Assembly (NCBI GenBank): GCA_963798845.1
Contig: CAWCUS010000006.1
Location: forward strand, 64,001-128,000
Length of the DNA stretch: 64,000 bases
DNA from: an uncultured Gemmatimonadales bacterium
GTDB lineage: Bacteria; Gemmatimonadota; Gemmatimonadetes; Longimicrobiales; RSA9
Direction of reading: 5' to 3'
Under the pieces are notes generated by a model that was given only the letters and a program-made list of their open reading frames with translations, was not told the DNA's origin and ran no database searches. This document shows positions 29,701 through 39,496 of this stretch, in pieces. The translations under genes were made by a program, and so were the position numbers. How positions within the stretch are numbered: the first letter of the stretch is position 1; each line of letters opens with the position of its first letter.

Positions 29701-31657
29701 AGGCTGCGGCATCGAAAGCGGTGAAGCGGGTGTCCAGGTCGTAGCGGCGGCCGGGGTGCGCGGCGTCGAGCGAGCCCTCGAGCGCGACGTTGCCGCCGCC
29801 GGGGGTTGCCAGATCCAGGTCCACGCCAAGGCGGTCGAGCGGGCCGCGGGCGACGAGGGTAGCCGAACCGGAGCCGCGGAGCGCCGCCGCGGGGATGAAC
29901 CGCCCCACCGTCGCCAGGGCGAGGGATGGCGCGCGAAGCCGTGCGTCCAGGACCCGCCCGGGTCCGCCGGGTTCCAGCCGGACGGAGCCGGTGACGTGGC
30001 TGACGCCGGTGGTGTCGCGGTGCACCACGTCCAGGTCGGCTGACAGCGCAGCGCCGGGCGAGCCGTTGATCGTGGCCCGGCCGGTCACGATGCCGCCGAC
30101 CGGCAGCGGGCTGGCCAGCGCCTCCACCAGGGCGAGTCGGAGCGGCTCCATGCGGACCACCAGGTCGCGAGCCGCGACGCCGTTGCCCAGGTCGATCCCG
30201 CCGCGGGCGAGGACGTGAGATCGGCCTGTGGCGGCGCCGTTGTGGATCACGTCCGCGTCCACGGCGAGACGGCCGTGGACGCTGCCATCGAGAGACACCG
30301 TGCCCGTCACCGTGCCGTCCACCGTGAGCGACGGGGCCACGTCCCGGGCCAGCGACAGGTCGAGCGGGTCGAACCGCGCCGTGACGGCGTCGAGGACGAT
30401 GTCGCCGCCGAACGCCACCCGGCCATCCGCCGTCACGTGGCTGGTCACACCGTCCGGGCGACGGCGGAACCGCACGTCCGCGTCGAGCGCCAGCGCCTCG
30501 CCGGCGGTGGCCGAGTCCAGCCGCACGCGTCCGGCGGCCGTGCCTTCCACCGGCAGCGCCGCCCCGGGCGAGAGGCGCTCGAGGAGCCGGGTGTCCACGC
30601 CCTCGAAGCGGACGTCGGCCGGGCCGGCGGTGAAGGTGTCGCCCAGGGCGAGGACGCCCCCGCCTCGCACGCGCGCATCCTGGAGCCGGGCGTCCAGGTC
30701 GGTCACCGTCAGGCGGGTTTCGCCGGCCGTGCGGGTCCCGGCGATCCTCGCGCGCAGGCGGCCGTCCTCGGGGAGCGACGGGCGGAGCCACAGGAGGTCA
30801 CGGGTGAGCACGTCCGCGTCGATGCGCCCTTCCACTTCGCGCGACCCGAGCGCCACCACCCCCTCCCCCGTCACGTTCGAGGATGGCAGCTCGAGCCGGA
30901 GACCGCCGACGCGCAGCGTGTCGTGGGCGAGGGTGAAGCGGCCGCGGAGGTCCTGCACGCGGAGCGGGGGGGCGTCGTACAGGCGGGCCACCGCAGAGAG
31001 GGAAGCGAGCCGGCCGGAGAGCGGGGCGCCGGGGTCCGCCAGCACCAGGTGACGGAGCTCGGCGTCGAGGTCGCGGATTTCGCGCACCACCATCTTGCGC
31101 CCGTTCACTTCCACGGCCCGCAGGCGTGCGGTGTCCGGGGCGGGCGCGTCGGGCCACGGCTGGCGCAGCGTCGCCTCGCCATCGCGTAGGGTGGCCCGGC
31201 TCACCCGGACCCAGGAGCCGAAGCCGGGGGCGAGGGTGTCGCCCGACGGCGGCGAGGGGATCCACAGGTCGGAGACGTTCAGGGACCCATCCGGCCGCTG
31301 CACGAGAGTGACGCGGGGCCGCACGAGCTCCAGGCCAGTGAGGACGATCCGCTGGCGAAGCAGCGCAGCGAGCGAGAACCTGGCCCGGACCGCATCGACG
31401 GCGAGCACGGTGGTCCCGGCCGAGTCCTGCACGGTGACGTCGTGGAGCGTGAAGCGGCCGAGCAGGCTGCCGTCGATCTCGCCGATGCCGACGGTGCCGT
31501 TCACCCTGTCGGCGACGGCGCCGATCAGGCGGGTGCGGGCCTGCTTGAGCGCCCAGTCGCTCTGCGCGAGCCACACCACCCCGAGCGCAACGACGACGAC
31601 CAGTCCCGCGACGGCCAGGAGCCCGCGAACCAGCCAGCGCTGCCAGCGGCGGGGCAT
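26762..31657 (-). CDS. tamB: Translocation and assembly module TamB-like protein
   Basis: N-terminal TM anchor, long beta-taco-like body, C-terminal DUF490-like segment (LSSNAQPPLSQTDLISFLVFG, VEAGKYL). Confidence 0.85.
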   Translation of the reverse strand: MPRRWQRWLVRGLLAVAGLVVVVALGVVWLAQSDWALKQARTRLIGAVADRVNGTVGIGEIDGSLLGRFTLHDVTVQDSAGTTVLAVDAVRARFSLAALLRQRIVLTGLELVRPRVTLVQRPDGSLNVSDLWIPSPPSGDTLAPGFGSWVRVSRATLRDGEATLRQPWPDAPAPDTARLRAVEVNGRKMVVREIRDLDAELRHLVLADPGAPLSGRLASLSAVARLYDAPPLRVQDLRGRFTLAHDTLRVGGLRLELPSSNVTGEGVVALGSREVEGRIDADVLTRDLLWLRPSLPEDGRLRARIAGTRTAGETRLTVTDLDARLQDARVRGGGVLALGDTFTAGPADVRFEGVDTRLLERLSPGAALPVEGTAAGRVRLDSATAGEALALDADVRFRRRPDGVTSHVTADGRVAFGGDIVLDAVTARFDPLDLSLARDVAPSLTVDGTVTGTVSLDGSVHGRLAVDADVIHNGAATGRSHVLARGGIDLGNGVAARDLVVRMEPLRLALVEALASPLPVGGIVTGRATINGSPGAALSADLDVVHRDTTGVSHVTGSVRLEPGGPGRVLDARLRAPSLALATVGRFIPAAALRGSGSATLVARGPLDRLGVDLDLATPGGGNVALEGSLDAAHPGRRYDLDTRFTAFDAAAFSARAPGTELWGTASVVGAGTDPATLRADIDVTLVDSLSERRARGDVRGGGAQIRARVADGVADIRQADIRVASATASIEGTLGLGPHASGSLHYTLRIDSLSDFAAFVPEDTAARPAPGLRPAIQARRLAIAREDSIRRAQATAVQRAATGRPPEPALEVDTLPPIPSDSLSGSVRLAGTASGGLHRLAAHLGATLEDVVALGYRVGGGKLTLDAEGLALAGPSAPSAQPASPANPRPVGEPAAGRLAVRLDADLDSVQAAGFAFDSLHAHVEHAGGLTEGEGSVRLAIRQDPDRDYRLNAAYELALDRRSVRLDSLALRFDTTYWRSTAPSAITWGRGGVALDHLELVSDHGARIYAEGRLPGEGGSAGEGRAAGEGLVVEIRRLQVAQLIGLVQDTLDATGILDLQARVQGTMSEPRAEATVSLTDATFRGTVLPRIDGSLGWAGGTLESDLTLAASGVHTAAAGTVLATVRGHVDLAGPAGPRRLDLTVRADSLPLESLPSFTDAVSDVRGRVRGDVRVAGTLDDPVLSGAVDLDLGRLDITQPGVPLREVTGRLRLDGTRLFLDSLTALSGGGRTRVAGTVELDGENGPAADLQLRAEDALVMNNDLAENLHADADLHLFGPISSLAVTGTARVRGGIIHVPLDRGNALDLSGAEAQTAIAASDVVKRAVPPHNSVLQGLRADVSLRVDRNTWVRALDGTVEIYTPDDGAPLAIRYSGARGLPVLDGVVHAERGEWTFAGKRFELTTGTATFLQTAELDPQLQLTAVHDVVRPGQDPLEIQITVGGHLQQPVVTLSSNAQPPLSQTDLISFLVFGSASGSIMPASGSGLAGGSAGQLGALASQQLASVALGSLFQRTFQGVEARPGRYGLDVLRISATELPDELAFDSYFQNVLRGTQVEAGKYLTPQLFVAARGRTTTEAWPGLRAEYRTPSGFRLTSSWEPRYLPLLPTLGTSQTADQTRALSLFLFKKWRY

Positions 31658-33990
31658 CAGAACGCTTGCCCGATGCTGAGGTGGAGCACCAGCCGCTCCA
31701 GGATCTGGCGCAGGAAGCTCCCGGATCCGGCCACCGGGTCGTAGCGTCGGGTCCTGTCCAGGGTGATCAGCCGATCCTCCCCCGGCACGCGCGTCACGAC
31801 CCGCAGGTCTTCGGCCAGCGTCGGGCGGATGCCCAGGTCCGCGCGCACCATTCCGACCGGGGATGGGTAGCGGACGCCGAAACCGGGCGTGAGCGCGGCA
31901 CGGGAGCGGGCGCTCACGTTCAGCTGACTCGCCCCGACCCAGCCGGCATCCACGAACACGGCGGTCGCGAGGCCGAAGATGGGGAACCGGTACTCGAGGC
32001 TGCCCTCCACCAGCGCGTCGCCGCCGAGCGGCCGGGGCGCGAACCGGTCCACCGGCACGCTCGAGGGGTCGCACGAGCCGTCCAGCACCGACGCCTCGGT
32101 GCACGCCGCCGGCTGATCACCCTTCGCATCGGTGAGCGCGGACAGGGGCACGGTCAGGATGCGCGGGCCGAGCTGGTTCTCCGCGTACCCCCGCACCGAG
32201 CGGGCCCCGCCGGCGAAGAACCGCTTGCGCGGGTGGAGCACGCCCGCATCTCCGCCCCCGGCCCAGACGCGTCCCGCGTGCAGGCGGGCGGCGAAGACCC
32301 CCTGACCGAGCTTCCAGTAGCGGGTCGCGTCACCGGAGACCCGGGTGTAGCCGTAATCGGACCCGGTGTAGGTGGAGGCGTGCTCGACGTCCATCCTGGC
32401 GGAGATCCCGGAGATCGGGTTGAGCGGCTCCTCGATGCGACGCAGGACGCCGGTGAGCTGGAGGGGGGAGAGTCGCTGCGAGGTCCGCAGCGTCGCGATG
32501 GTCTCCGCCTGGCAGACACCGAAGTTCACGCAGAAATACACGTCCCCGGCGTCGACACGGGTCTCCTCGAAACGGTAGGACAGCGTCACGTCGAGGGAAT
32601 CGGCGAGGTTGCGCGTGAGCGAGGCGCTGACGCCGGTGGTCCGGTCCACCACCACTCCCGGCACCACGCGGCGGTTGGCCTGCGCCGTCAGACCCAGCTC
32701 GTTGCGCGGCGACAGGAACCACGGCTGCGTGAACGTGATCGCCACGCTCCAGGTGGGGTCGAGGAACACCGCCTCCGGCTTCCCCTCCACCCCTGCCGGG
32801 ACGGCCGCGCCGAAGATCGACCGGTCGTAGAGCTGCGGCGCCAGCAGGTTGCCCATGCCCGCCGTGATGTCGAGACGGCGGGCGCCGCCCAGGAAGTCGT
32901 ACCGCGTGTGGCGCGCCTGCACCTGCCCGAACTCGACCGAGCTCACTCCCACGCCGAGCTCGAGCTCCTGGTCCGGAGCTTCGATCACGCTCACCACCAC
33001 CGGCCGGGCCGTGTCCGGCAGCGCTGCCGCCAGTCGAGCCACCACGTCGCGCGCGGAGTCGGTGGCGGTGTGCGTCGCCTCGGGCGCCCCCTGCAGCGGG
33101 TCCAGTGACACGCTGTCGCTCCACGCTCCCTGCACCACCGAGCGCCGGAACAGCCCCGACGCGAACAGCCGCCGCTGCGCCTCCTCCAGGTCCGCGCGCC
33201 GGTACAGCTGCCCCGTCCGCAGGTTGACCAGCCGCCGGATCGTTCGGTCGCTCACGTCCCGGTTCCCGAGCACCTCGATCGCGCCGATCGTCACCGGCCG
33301 TCCGCTCCGGAGCACGATCCGCACATCCGCGCCGTAATCGCCGGTCGGACCGGCCGCGGAATCCACCTCCACGGTGTCCCGCACGGTCGCGTCCGCGTAG
33401 CCTCGCTCCTGCATGTCCGCCAGCAGCAGCGACGACGCCAGCCGGAGCCGGATCATGTCCACCGGCTCACCTTCCTCCGGCAGCCGCGCGACGGTCAGGT
33501 CGAGGTCGGAGAGCAGCGAGGTGTCCTGGACGACGTCCACCGAGCGGGCCACCGTGGCCGGTCCCTCGTCCACGGTGAAGCGCACCTCCACGCCGTCGCC
33601 CCGGGCGATCACGTCGGGCGAGACACTGGCGCTGCGATAGCCGCGCAGCCAGTAGAACACCTGCGCCCGCAGCGCGTCCCGGGGCAGCTCCGCCGGGTCC
33701 AGCCGCGGCCGCACCTGGAAGAACGACCCCTGGCTGACCAGGCAGAACGGCTTGAAGAGCAGCGTTCGGCAATGGATGCCTCGGATCGCGAGCGACGACG
33801 CCAGGTCCCCCTCGTCCACTGCGTCGACCCCCTTGAACGTCACCTCCCGGACCAGCGGATGCGGCCCCACGCCTTCCGGCAGCTGCTGGCCGCCGAGCGC
33901 ACCGGGGAGGGTGGCGAGGAGAAGGACGGATATGAGCCCGACGGTTCGAATCGGGCGCGCCCGAAAGGCGCGCCCCAGCGCTTGGTTCAT
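31657..33990 (-). CDS. tamA: Omp85 family outer membrane protein (TamA/BamA-like)
   Basis: POTRA-like repeats, FFAGGARSVRGY loop, C-terminal IGQAF; TGATG overlap with tamB. Confidence 0.88.
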   Translation of the reverse strand: MNQALGRAFRARPIRTVGLISVLLLATLPGALGGQQLPEGVGPHPLVREVTFKGVDAVDEGDLASSLAIRGIHCRTLLFKPFCLVSQGSFFQVRPRLDPAELPRDALRAQVFYWLRGYRSASVSPDVIARGDGVEVRFTVDEGPATVARSVDVVQDTSLLSDLDLTVARLPEEGEPVDMIRLRLASSLLLADMQERGYADATVRDTVEVDSAAGPTGDYGADVRIVLRSGRPVTIGAIEVLGNRDVSDRTIRRLVNLRTGQLYRRADLEEAQRRLFASGLFRRSVVQGAWSDSVSLDPLQGAPEATHTATDSARDVVARLAAALPDTARPVVVSVIEAPDQELELGVGVSSVEFGQVQARHTRYDFLGGARRLDITAGMGNLLAPQLYDRSIFGAAVPAGVEGKPEAVFLDPTWSVAITFTQPWFLSPRNELGLTAQANRRVVPGVVVDRTTGVSASLTRNLADSLDVTLSYRFEETRVDAGDVYFCVNFGVCQAETIATLRTSQRLSPLQLTGVLRRIEEPLNPISGISARMDVEHASTYTGSDYGYTRVSGDATRYWKLGQGVFAARLHAGRVWAGGGDAGVLHPRKRFFAGGARSVRGYAENQLGPRILTVPLSALTDAKGDQPAACTEASVLDGSCDPSSVPVDRFAPRPLGGDALVEGSLEYRFPIFGLATAVFVDAGWVGASQLNVSARSRAALTPGFGVRYPSPVGMVRADLGIRPTLAEDLRVVTRVPGEDRLITLDRTRRYDPVAGSGSFLRQILERLVLHLSIGQAF

Positions 33991-34166
33991 CGGGCCATGC
34001 AGCCACCGGGAATGAGTTCGTGGCGGAGGCGGGGGGGAAGATCCGTGCCAGCTCCGCGGTGACCACCGTGGCGGTGCGGGGCGAGGATTCGGCGGAAGCC
34101 CCGCTCGCAATGGTTGCACCGGTGGCGCCGCATCCTCATCGTGACATACCCTGTCCAGGAGGCGCG

Positions 34167-34745
34167 TTGACCCCACGGGAGGAAATTCCCCAGCTCGTGG
34201 AGCAGTGGAGCGCCGGCAGCCAGCAGGCGTTCGACCGATTGGTCGAGCTGCTCTATGATGACCTGCGGGACCTCGCCCACGCGCTGCTGCGGCGCGAGCG
34301 CCCCGACCACACACTCGAAACGACGGCCCTGGTCCACGAAGCGTACGCGCAGCTCGTCGGCCGCGCGGGTCCGGCGTGGCGGGGGCGGCCGCGGTTCTTC
34401 GCTTTCCTTTCCAGAGTGATGCGACACGTGCTCGTGGACTACGCGCGGCGGCGCAACGCGGGCAAGCGCGGTGGCGGTGCGGTGCGGGTATCGCTGCGCT
34501 CCGCGGACGCTTCGGTCGAGCCGGCCACGGTGGATCTGCTCGCGCTGGACGAGGCGCTCGGAGAGCTGGCCGAGAAGGACCCGCAGCTCGCGAGCATTGT
34601 CGAGTGCCGCTTCTTCGGCGGCCTCACCGAAGCGGAGATCGCCGAAGCCCTCGGGGTGTCCGAGCGGACGGTCGAGCGGGGCTGGCAGCGAGCTCGCGCA
34701 TACCTGTTCCGACTGCTGGCCGCGGACGCGATCGAAGCCGAGTAG
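34167..34745 (+). CDS. ECF sigma factor, Ser/Thr-kinase-associated type
   Basis: HTLETTALVHEAY, MRHVLVDYAR, VECRFFGGLT, VERGWQRARA; TTG start after AGGAGG. Confidence 0.92.
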   Translation: MTPREEIPQLVEQWSAGSQQAFDRLVELLYDDLRDLAHALLRRERPDHTLETTALVHEAYAQLVGRAGPAWRGRPRFFAFLSRVMRHVLVDYARRRNAGKRGGGAVRVSLRSADASVEPATVDLLALDEALGELAEKDPQLASIVECRFFGGLTEAEIAEALGVSERTVERGWQRARAYLFRLLAADAIEAE

Positions 34746-34777
34746 CACGGCGAACCCGGAACTCGAACCGGACGGAA

Positions 34778-37453
34778 ATGCAAGTCAGCGATCCCGGGTG
34801 GCGGCGCTGGGACGAGGTCGATCGGGTGTTCTCGAACGCCCTCGAGCAGCCGACGGAGCAGCGCGAAACGTATGTCGAAGGCGCGTGCGCCGGTGACTTC
34901 GAGCTCCGGGACGCCGTGCTGTCTCTGCTGCGGGCGGAGCGGGAGTCGGAGGGGCTGTTCGAGCGGCCGGACGCGGCCACGGCGAGAGAGGCGCTGCGGG
35001 CGCTCGTCGAGGCGGGAGGGTCGGATACGGCTGGCGACGCCCCGCTCCGGCCCGTGGGTGCCTACCGCCTCCTGCGGCAGATCGGCCGCGGAGGCATGGG
35101 GTCCGTCTTCCTGGCCGAGCGCGCGGACGCCGACTTCGAGCAGTCTGTGGCGGTCAAGCTGCTCCGCCGCGGCGTGGACACCGAGGACATCCTGCGCCGC
35201 TTTCTGGTCGAGCGCCGGATCCTGGCGCGGCTCACCCACCCGAACATCGCGCGCCTCTACGACGGCGGCTCGACGGGGGACGGGCGGCCGTTCCTCGTCA
35301 TGGAGCACGTGGACGGCCTGCCGATCACGGAGTACTGCGACGCGGCCCGGCTGCCCGTGGCCCGTCGCCTGGAGCTGTTCCTGAAGGTCGCTGACGCGGT
35401 CAGCTACGCCCACGCGCAGCTCGTCGTACACCGGGACCTCAAGCCGTCGAACATCATGGTCACCCGCGATGGCCGGGTGAAGCTGCTGGACTTCGGGATC
35501 GCGAAGATCCTGGGCGGCGACGAGGGAGACGAAGCGGATGTCACGCGGACCGGCCTTCGCGTCATGACGCCGGAGTACGCGAGCCCCGAGCAGCTCCGGG
35601 GTGAAGCGATCACCACGGCATCGGACGTCTATCAGCTCGGGATCCTGCTCTTCGTCCTGCTGACGGGAGAGCGGCCCACCCCGCGGGAGCGTCCCGACTC
35701 GGAGCCCACGACCGGCCCGCTCGATCTCACGGGCGTGCGCGCGAGCTCACGGGTCGAGCCCGGGGAGAGCGGAGCGCGCGTCGCCGAGCTGCGCGCCACC
35801 ACCCCCGAGCGGCTGCGACGGGCGTTGCGGGGTGATCTCGACACGATCCTCCTGAAGGCGCTGCGGCCGGAGCCCGAGCGACGGTACGCGTCGGCGGCGC
35901 AGCTGGCGGACGACGTCCGGCGCCACCTGGACGGCCGCCCCGTGGCCGCACGGCCGGACCGGCTGTCCTACCGCGCCGTCAAGTTCTTCCGCCGGCACCG
36001 CTGGGTCGCGCCCGCCGCGCTGGCCGTGCTCCTCTTCGCGGGCACCTACGTGGCCACCACCATCCGGCACGCGGCACGGCTGGAGCGGGAGCGCGCGGCC
36101 GCCAACGCGCAGGCGGAGCGGGCGGAGCAGGTGCAGCGCTTCCTCGTCGAGTTGTTCCGCAGCCCCGATCCGTTCGCCCCGGCGGACCCGGAGCGCGGGC
36201 GCAGCATCACCGTGGTGGAGGCGCTGGACATCGGCGCGCGCCGGGTTCTCTCCGATCTCTCCGACCGGCCCCGGATCGAGGCGAACCTGCTCGATGCCAT
36301 CGTGGAAGTCTACACGAACCTGGGCGCGGCGAGCCGCGCCGTTCCGCTGGCCGAGCGGGCGCTGGCTCTGCACGAGCGGCTGGACGGCGCCTCGTCCGCG
36401 GCCTACCGCAACGCCCTCGGGCAGCTCGGGATCGCGGAGGGCGCGCTCCGGGCCGACACCGCCTACTCCCTGCTCCGGCGCCGGCTCCAGCTCGTCCTCG
36501 CCGATCCCTCCGCAGAGGCGGCCGAGGTGGTGCAGGCGCGTGCCGACGTCGCCACGCACCTGACGGATGTCCTTGGCCGACCCACCGAAGCCGAGGCGGA
36601 GTTCCGGCGCGCGCTCGCGCTGGCCGACTCCGCCGCGGTTTCGCCGGACCGGCTGAGCACGCTTCACCTGGGACTGGCGGGGGTGCTGGCGGGACTGGGG
36701 CGGCCCGTCGAGGCGGAGCCCCACGCCCGCCGCGCTCTCGCCCTGGAGGCCGAGCTGTCGGGAAAGGAATCGGCCAACGCCGCGATCGCCCACGAGACGC
36801 TCGCCAAGGTCCTCGGCGCAGAGGGGCGCACGGCCGACGCGGCCCGCGAGTTCGAGCGGGCGATCGACATCCTGGACCGCACGCTCGGGCCGGAAAACAA
36901 CAACACCCTGAACACGGTGAACAACTACTCGCTGCTCCTTTGGCAGAGCGGCGACCTGGCTGGCGCCGAGCGGTTGCTCCGCCGGCTGCTCGAGGCCCGC
37001 ACCCGGCTGCTGGGGCCGGAGGACCGGGAGGTGGGGAACACGTACCAGAACCTGGGCGCCCTGCTCTACGGCCTCGGCCGCCTGGACGAGGCAGCCGCGA
37101 TGCATCGCAAGGCCGCGGCCATCTACGAGGCGGACCTCCAGCCCGGCAACTACGTCCTGGCCTACCCGCACCTCTCCCTCGCCGGAGTCGAGCTCGCGCG
37201 CGGCCGCTTCCCCCAGGCGGAGGCCTCGTCCCGACGCGCGCTGGACATCCTCAGAGAGGCGTTGCCGCCCGGCCACTTCGCCACCGCTGTCGCCCGCTGC
37301 CGGCTCGGGCGCGCGCTCATCGGCGAAGGCCGAACGGCCGCAGGCCGCGCCGAGCTCGAGGCGGCCGCGCCGGTGCTCCGCGCGAGCCCGCAAGCCGCCG
37401 CCTACCGGCAGGAGTGCCTCGACGCCCTGCTGGACGCGAACGAAGGCGGTTGA
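34778..37453 (+). CDS. Membrane Ser/Thr protein kinase with extracytoplasmic TPR array
   Basis: GRGGMG, VAVK, HRDLKPSN, DFG, YASPEQ; one TM helix; TPR repeats. Confidence 0.95.
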   Translation: MQVSDPGWRRWDEVDRVFSNALEQPTEQRETYVEGACAGDFELRDAVLSLLRAERESEGLFERPDAATAREALRALVEAGGSDTAGDAPLRPVGAYRLLRQIGRGGMGSVFLAERADADFEQSVAVKLLRRGVDTEDILRRFLVERRILARLTHPNIARLYDGGSTGDGRPFLVMEHVDGLPITEYCDAARLPVARRLELFLKVADAVSYAHAQLVVHRDLKPSNIMVTRDGRVKLLDFGIAKILGGDEGDEADVTRTGLRVMTPEYASPEQLRGEAITTASDVYQLGILLFVLLTGERPTPRERPDSEPTTGPLDLTGVRASSRVEPGESGARVAELRATTPERLRRALRGDLDTILLKALRPEPERRYASAAQLADDVRRHLDGRPVAARPDRLSYRAVKFFRRHRWVAPAALAVLLFAGTYVATTIRHAARLERERAAANAQAERAEQVQRFLVELFRSPDPFAPADPERGRSITVVEALDIGARRVLSDLSDRPRIEANLLDAIVEVYTNLGAASRAVPLAERALALHERLDGASSAAYRNALGQLGIAEGALRADTAYSLLRRRLQLVLADPSAEAAEVVQARADVATHLTDVLGRPTEAEAEFRRALALADSAAVSPDRLSTLHLGLAGVLAGLGRPVEAEPHARRALALEAELSGKESANAAIAHETLAKVLGAEGRTADAAREFERAIDILDRTLGPENNNTLNTVNNYSLLLWQSGDLAGAERLLRRLLEARTRLLGPEDREVGNTYQNLGALLYGLGRLDEAAAMHRKAAAIYEADLQPGNYVLAYPHLSLAGVELARGRFPQAEASSRRALDILREALPPGHFATAVARCRLGRALIGEGRTAAGRAELEAAAPVLRASPQAAAYRQECLDALLDANEGG

Positions 37454-37506
37454 GCCGGGCCGTCCTCCACCGCGCGCGCCCGCCGTCGACCACGGCCCGG
37501 GCCGCC

Positions 37507-37533
37507 GTGAACCTTTTCCTCTCCCCTGCGACT
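37507..37533 (+). promoter_or_regulatory. Putative ECF-type autoregulatory promoter
   Basis: GTGAACC-N15-CGACT just upstream of the ECF gene; resembles the generic GAAC/CGT pattern. Confidence 0.4.
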
Positions 37534-37570
37534 CCCCCGGGTGAGAGACATCCCGGGAGGAGCGATCAGA

Positions 37571-38137
37571 TTGCCCATAGCCGAACAGGATCTGCGCACG
37601 CTGTCCGACGAGCTGCTCGCTCTGCGCTGCCAGCTCGGCGAGCTGGATGCAGTGGACGAGCTGGTCGAACGCTGGAACGAGCCCCTGTGGCGGTACATCC
37701 GCCGGATGTGCGACGGCGACGACGACGCCTCCGAGACGTCGCAGGACGCCTGGCTGCGCATCCTGCGCGCGCTCCCCGGGCTGCGGCAGCCGGACCGGCT
37801 GCGGGCGTGGCTGTTCGGAATCGCGCGCCGCGCCGTCATGGACCGCTTGCGTAGCCGGTACGCCCGTGCCGCGGAGGACGCGGCGCTCGCGGATGATGTA
37901 GCAGTCGACGAGCCGGTGGACTTCCCCGACGAGGAAGTCGACCTGATGCGCGAAGAGCTGCAGGCCATGCCCCTCGTCGAGCGCGAGGTGCTGGTCCTGT
38001 TCTACCTCCGGGAGCTACGGCTCGACCAGGTGGCGAACGTCCTGGAGGTGCCCGTCGGCACGGTGAAGTCCAGGCTGTTCCGCGCCCGGTCCATGCTCCG
38101 TGAACGACTCCAGAAGAGAGGCCTGACCCATGACTGA
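37571..38137 (+). CDS. ECF sigma-70 family factor
   Basis: QDAWLRI..AWLFGIAR (region 2), VPVGTVKSRLFRAR (region 4); start TTG 37571 or GTG 37541. Confidence 0.92.
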   Translation: MPIAEQDLRTLSDELLALRCQLGELDAVDELVERWNEPLWRYIRRMCDGDDDASETSQDAWLRILRALPGLRQPDRLRAWLFGIARRAVMDRLRSRYARAAEDAALADDVAVDEPVDFPDEEVDLMREELQAMPLVEREVLVLFYLRELRLDQVANVLEVPVGTVKSRLFRARSMLRERLQKRGLTHD

Positions 38138-38639
38138 CCGCCCCCGGTTCCCCGCGCCGCAGCCATCCACCGAGGACCTGCGACGGCGCCTCGCCTCCGA
38201 GCTCGCCATGCCCTCGCGCCTGGGGCACACGGCCCTGCTCCTCGCCGGCCTCGCCGCCGCGGCGGTGGCCGGGTCCCTGGTCGCCACCGAGCCCGCTCTC
38301 CCCGCGGCCACGCAGCTCGCGTTTGGCGTCATGACCCTGATCGGCCTCGCGTGGGCGGCATTCGCCGCGTGGGTCCTCGCCCGACGGCGCGTGCTGTTCG
38401 CCGCCCACCGCGTGATCGCCGCCCGGATGGCCGTGGCGTTCACCGCTCTGTTCTCGGCCGGATCGCTGGCGGTCTGGGTCGCGGGCGGCCGCCAGGCTGC
38501 GGGCGCGCTGGGCGCCGCCGCCACCGGTGCGGTGATGCTGGCTGCCGCCGTTCTCGTGCTTTCGCACGCCCGCCGACGCGTCCGGCAGATCACTGCCCGG
38601 AAAGAGGCGATCGAGCGACAGCTGAGGGAGGCACGATGA
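38130..38639 (+). CDS. Four-TM membrane protein, candidate anti-sigma factor
   Basis: Overlaps the ECF stop codon; four hydrophobic helices. Confidence 0.7.
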   Translation: MTDRPRFPAPQPSTEDLRRRLASELAMPSRLGHTALLLAGLAAAAVAGSLVATEPALPAATQLAFGVMTLIGLAWAAFAAWVLARRRVLFAAHRVIAARMAVAFTALFSAGSLAVWVAGGRQAAGALGAAATGAVMLAAAVLVLSHARRRVRQITARKEAIERQLREAR

Positions 38640-38710
38640 AGCGGCGCGTGGGAACCCCGGTGGCGCTCGGCGTCACTGCGGACGTCCTGAGCGGGCTCAC
38701 GGGCGCGGGA

Positions 38711-39496
38711 TCAGGTCACCAGCGTCAGCACCACCGCGGCGGCCACCAGCACGCCGCCGGCCAGCAGCAGCGCGCGCCCCCGTCGGATGGGCACGACGCG
38801 GGTGGCCGGCCCGAGCCCCGCGCGCACCAGACCGCCAACCCGCGACAGCGCCAGCCCGCCGACGATCCAGACCACGCCCGTGACGCCGGCGGCGACGGCG
38901 CTCGTCGCCAGCCAGTAGCTCCCCGAGCGCGGCGGGCCCGCGTCGCCTGTGCGCGCGACGAGGAAGCCCTCCAGCAGGCCGCCGATCTGCGCCGAGGCCC
39001 ACACCAGGACCGCGGGGGCGCAGAGGATCGCCAGCGCTGCCACGCCCGCACCGAGCTGCCACAGGAGCCGCACCAGTCGCCCCGGGGCATTCCCCGGCGT
39101 GCCCGTGGACGGCAGTGCCAGCCGCGCGCCCAGCAGGCTCGCCAGCAGCAGCGCCCACCCCGCAAGCGCGGAGCGTGTGGGGACGAGGGCGATCCCGGCC
39201 AGCGCCATCAGGAGGATCGCAGCCGCTGTCCCCGTGCTGATCACGGCGGCGGGTTCCGTTGCATTCTCCCCGCCGGCACTGGCGATCGCGGACGGCGATC
39301 CCAGCGCTTCCAGGATATCGGCCACGTCCTCCGCGGTGGCAGGGGCCGCGCCCCGCGCGGCCAGCTCGGCTTCCACGTGCTCGCGGATCCCGGCCACCAC
39401 CTCTCTCGCGTCCACGTCCCGACGTCCTTCGAGCGACGCCTCCACCCGCGCCAGGTACGCCTCGAGATCCTCTCGCCCGCGTGCGGTCAGGGTCAT
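38711..39496 (-). CDS. Membrane protein with N-terminal HAAS-like domain
   Basis: LEAYLARVEASL..EVVAGIREHVEAEL..ILEALGSPSAIA followed by about 5 TM helices. Confidence 0.78.
   Translation of the reverse strand: MTLTARGREDLEAYLARVEASLEGRRDVDAREVVAGIREHVEAELAARGAAPATAEDVADILEALGSPSAIASAGGENATEPAAVISTGTAAAILLMALAGIALVPTRSALAGWALLLASLLGARLALPSTGTPGNAPGRLVRLLWQLGAGVAALAILCAPAVLVWASAQIGGLLEGFLVARTGDAGPPRSGSYWLATSAVAAGVTGVVWIVGGLALSRVGGLVRAGLGPATRVVPIRRGRALLLAGGVLVAAAVVLTLVT

Noticed and set aside
27326..30043. 905-aa plus-strand ORF and many similar long ORFs (e.g. 24121-26394, 51183-53288, 43380-45275, 48052-49935)
   Set aside because: These are antisense or alternate-frame shadows of well-supported genes, expected at this GC content; they show no recognisable motifs.
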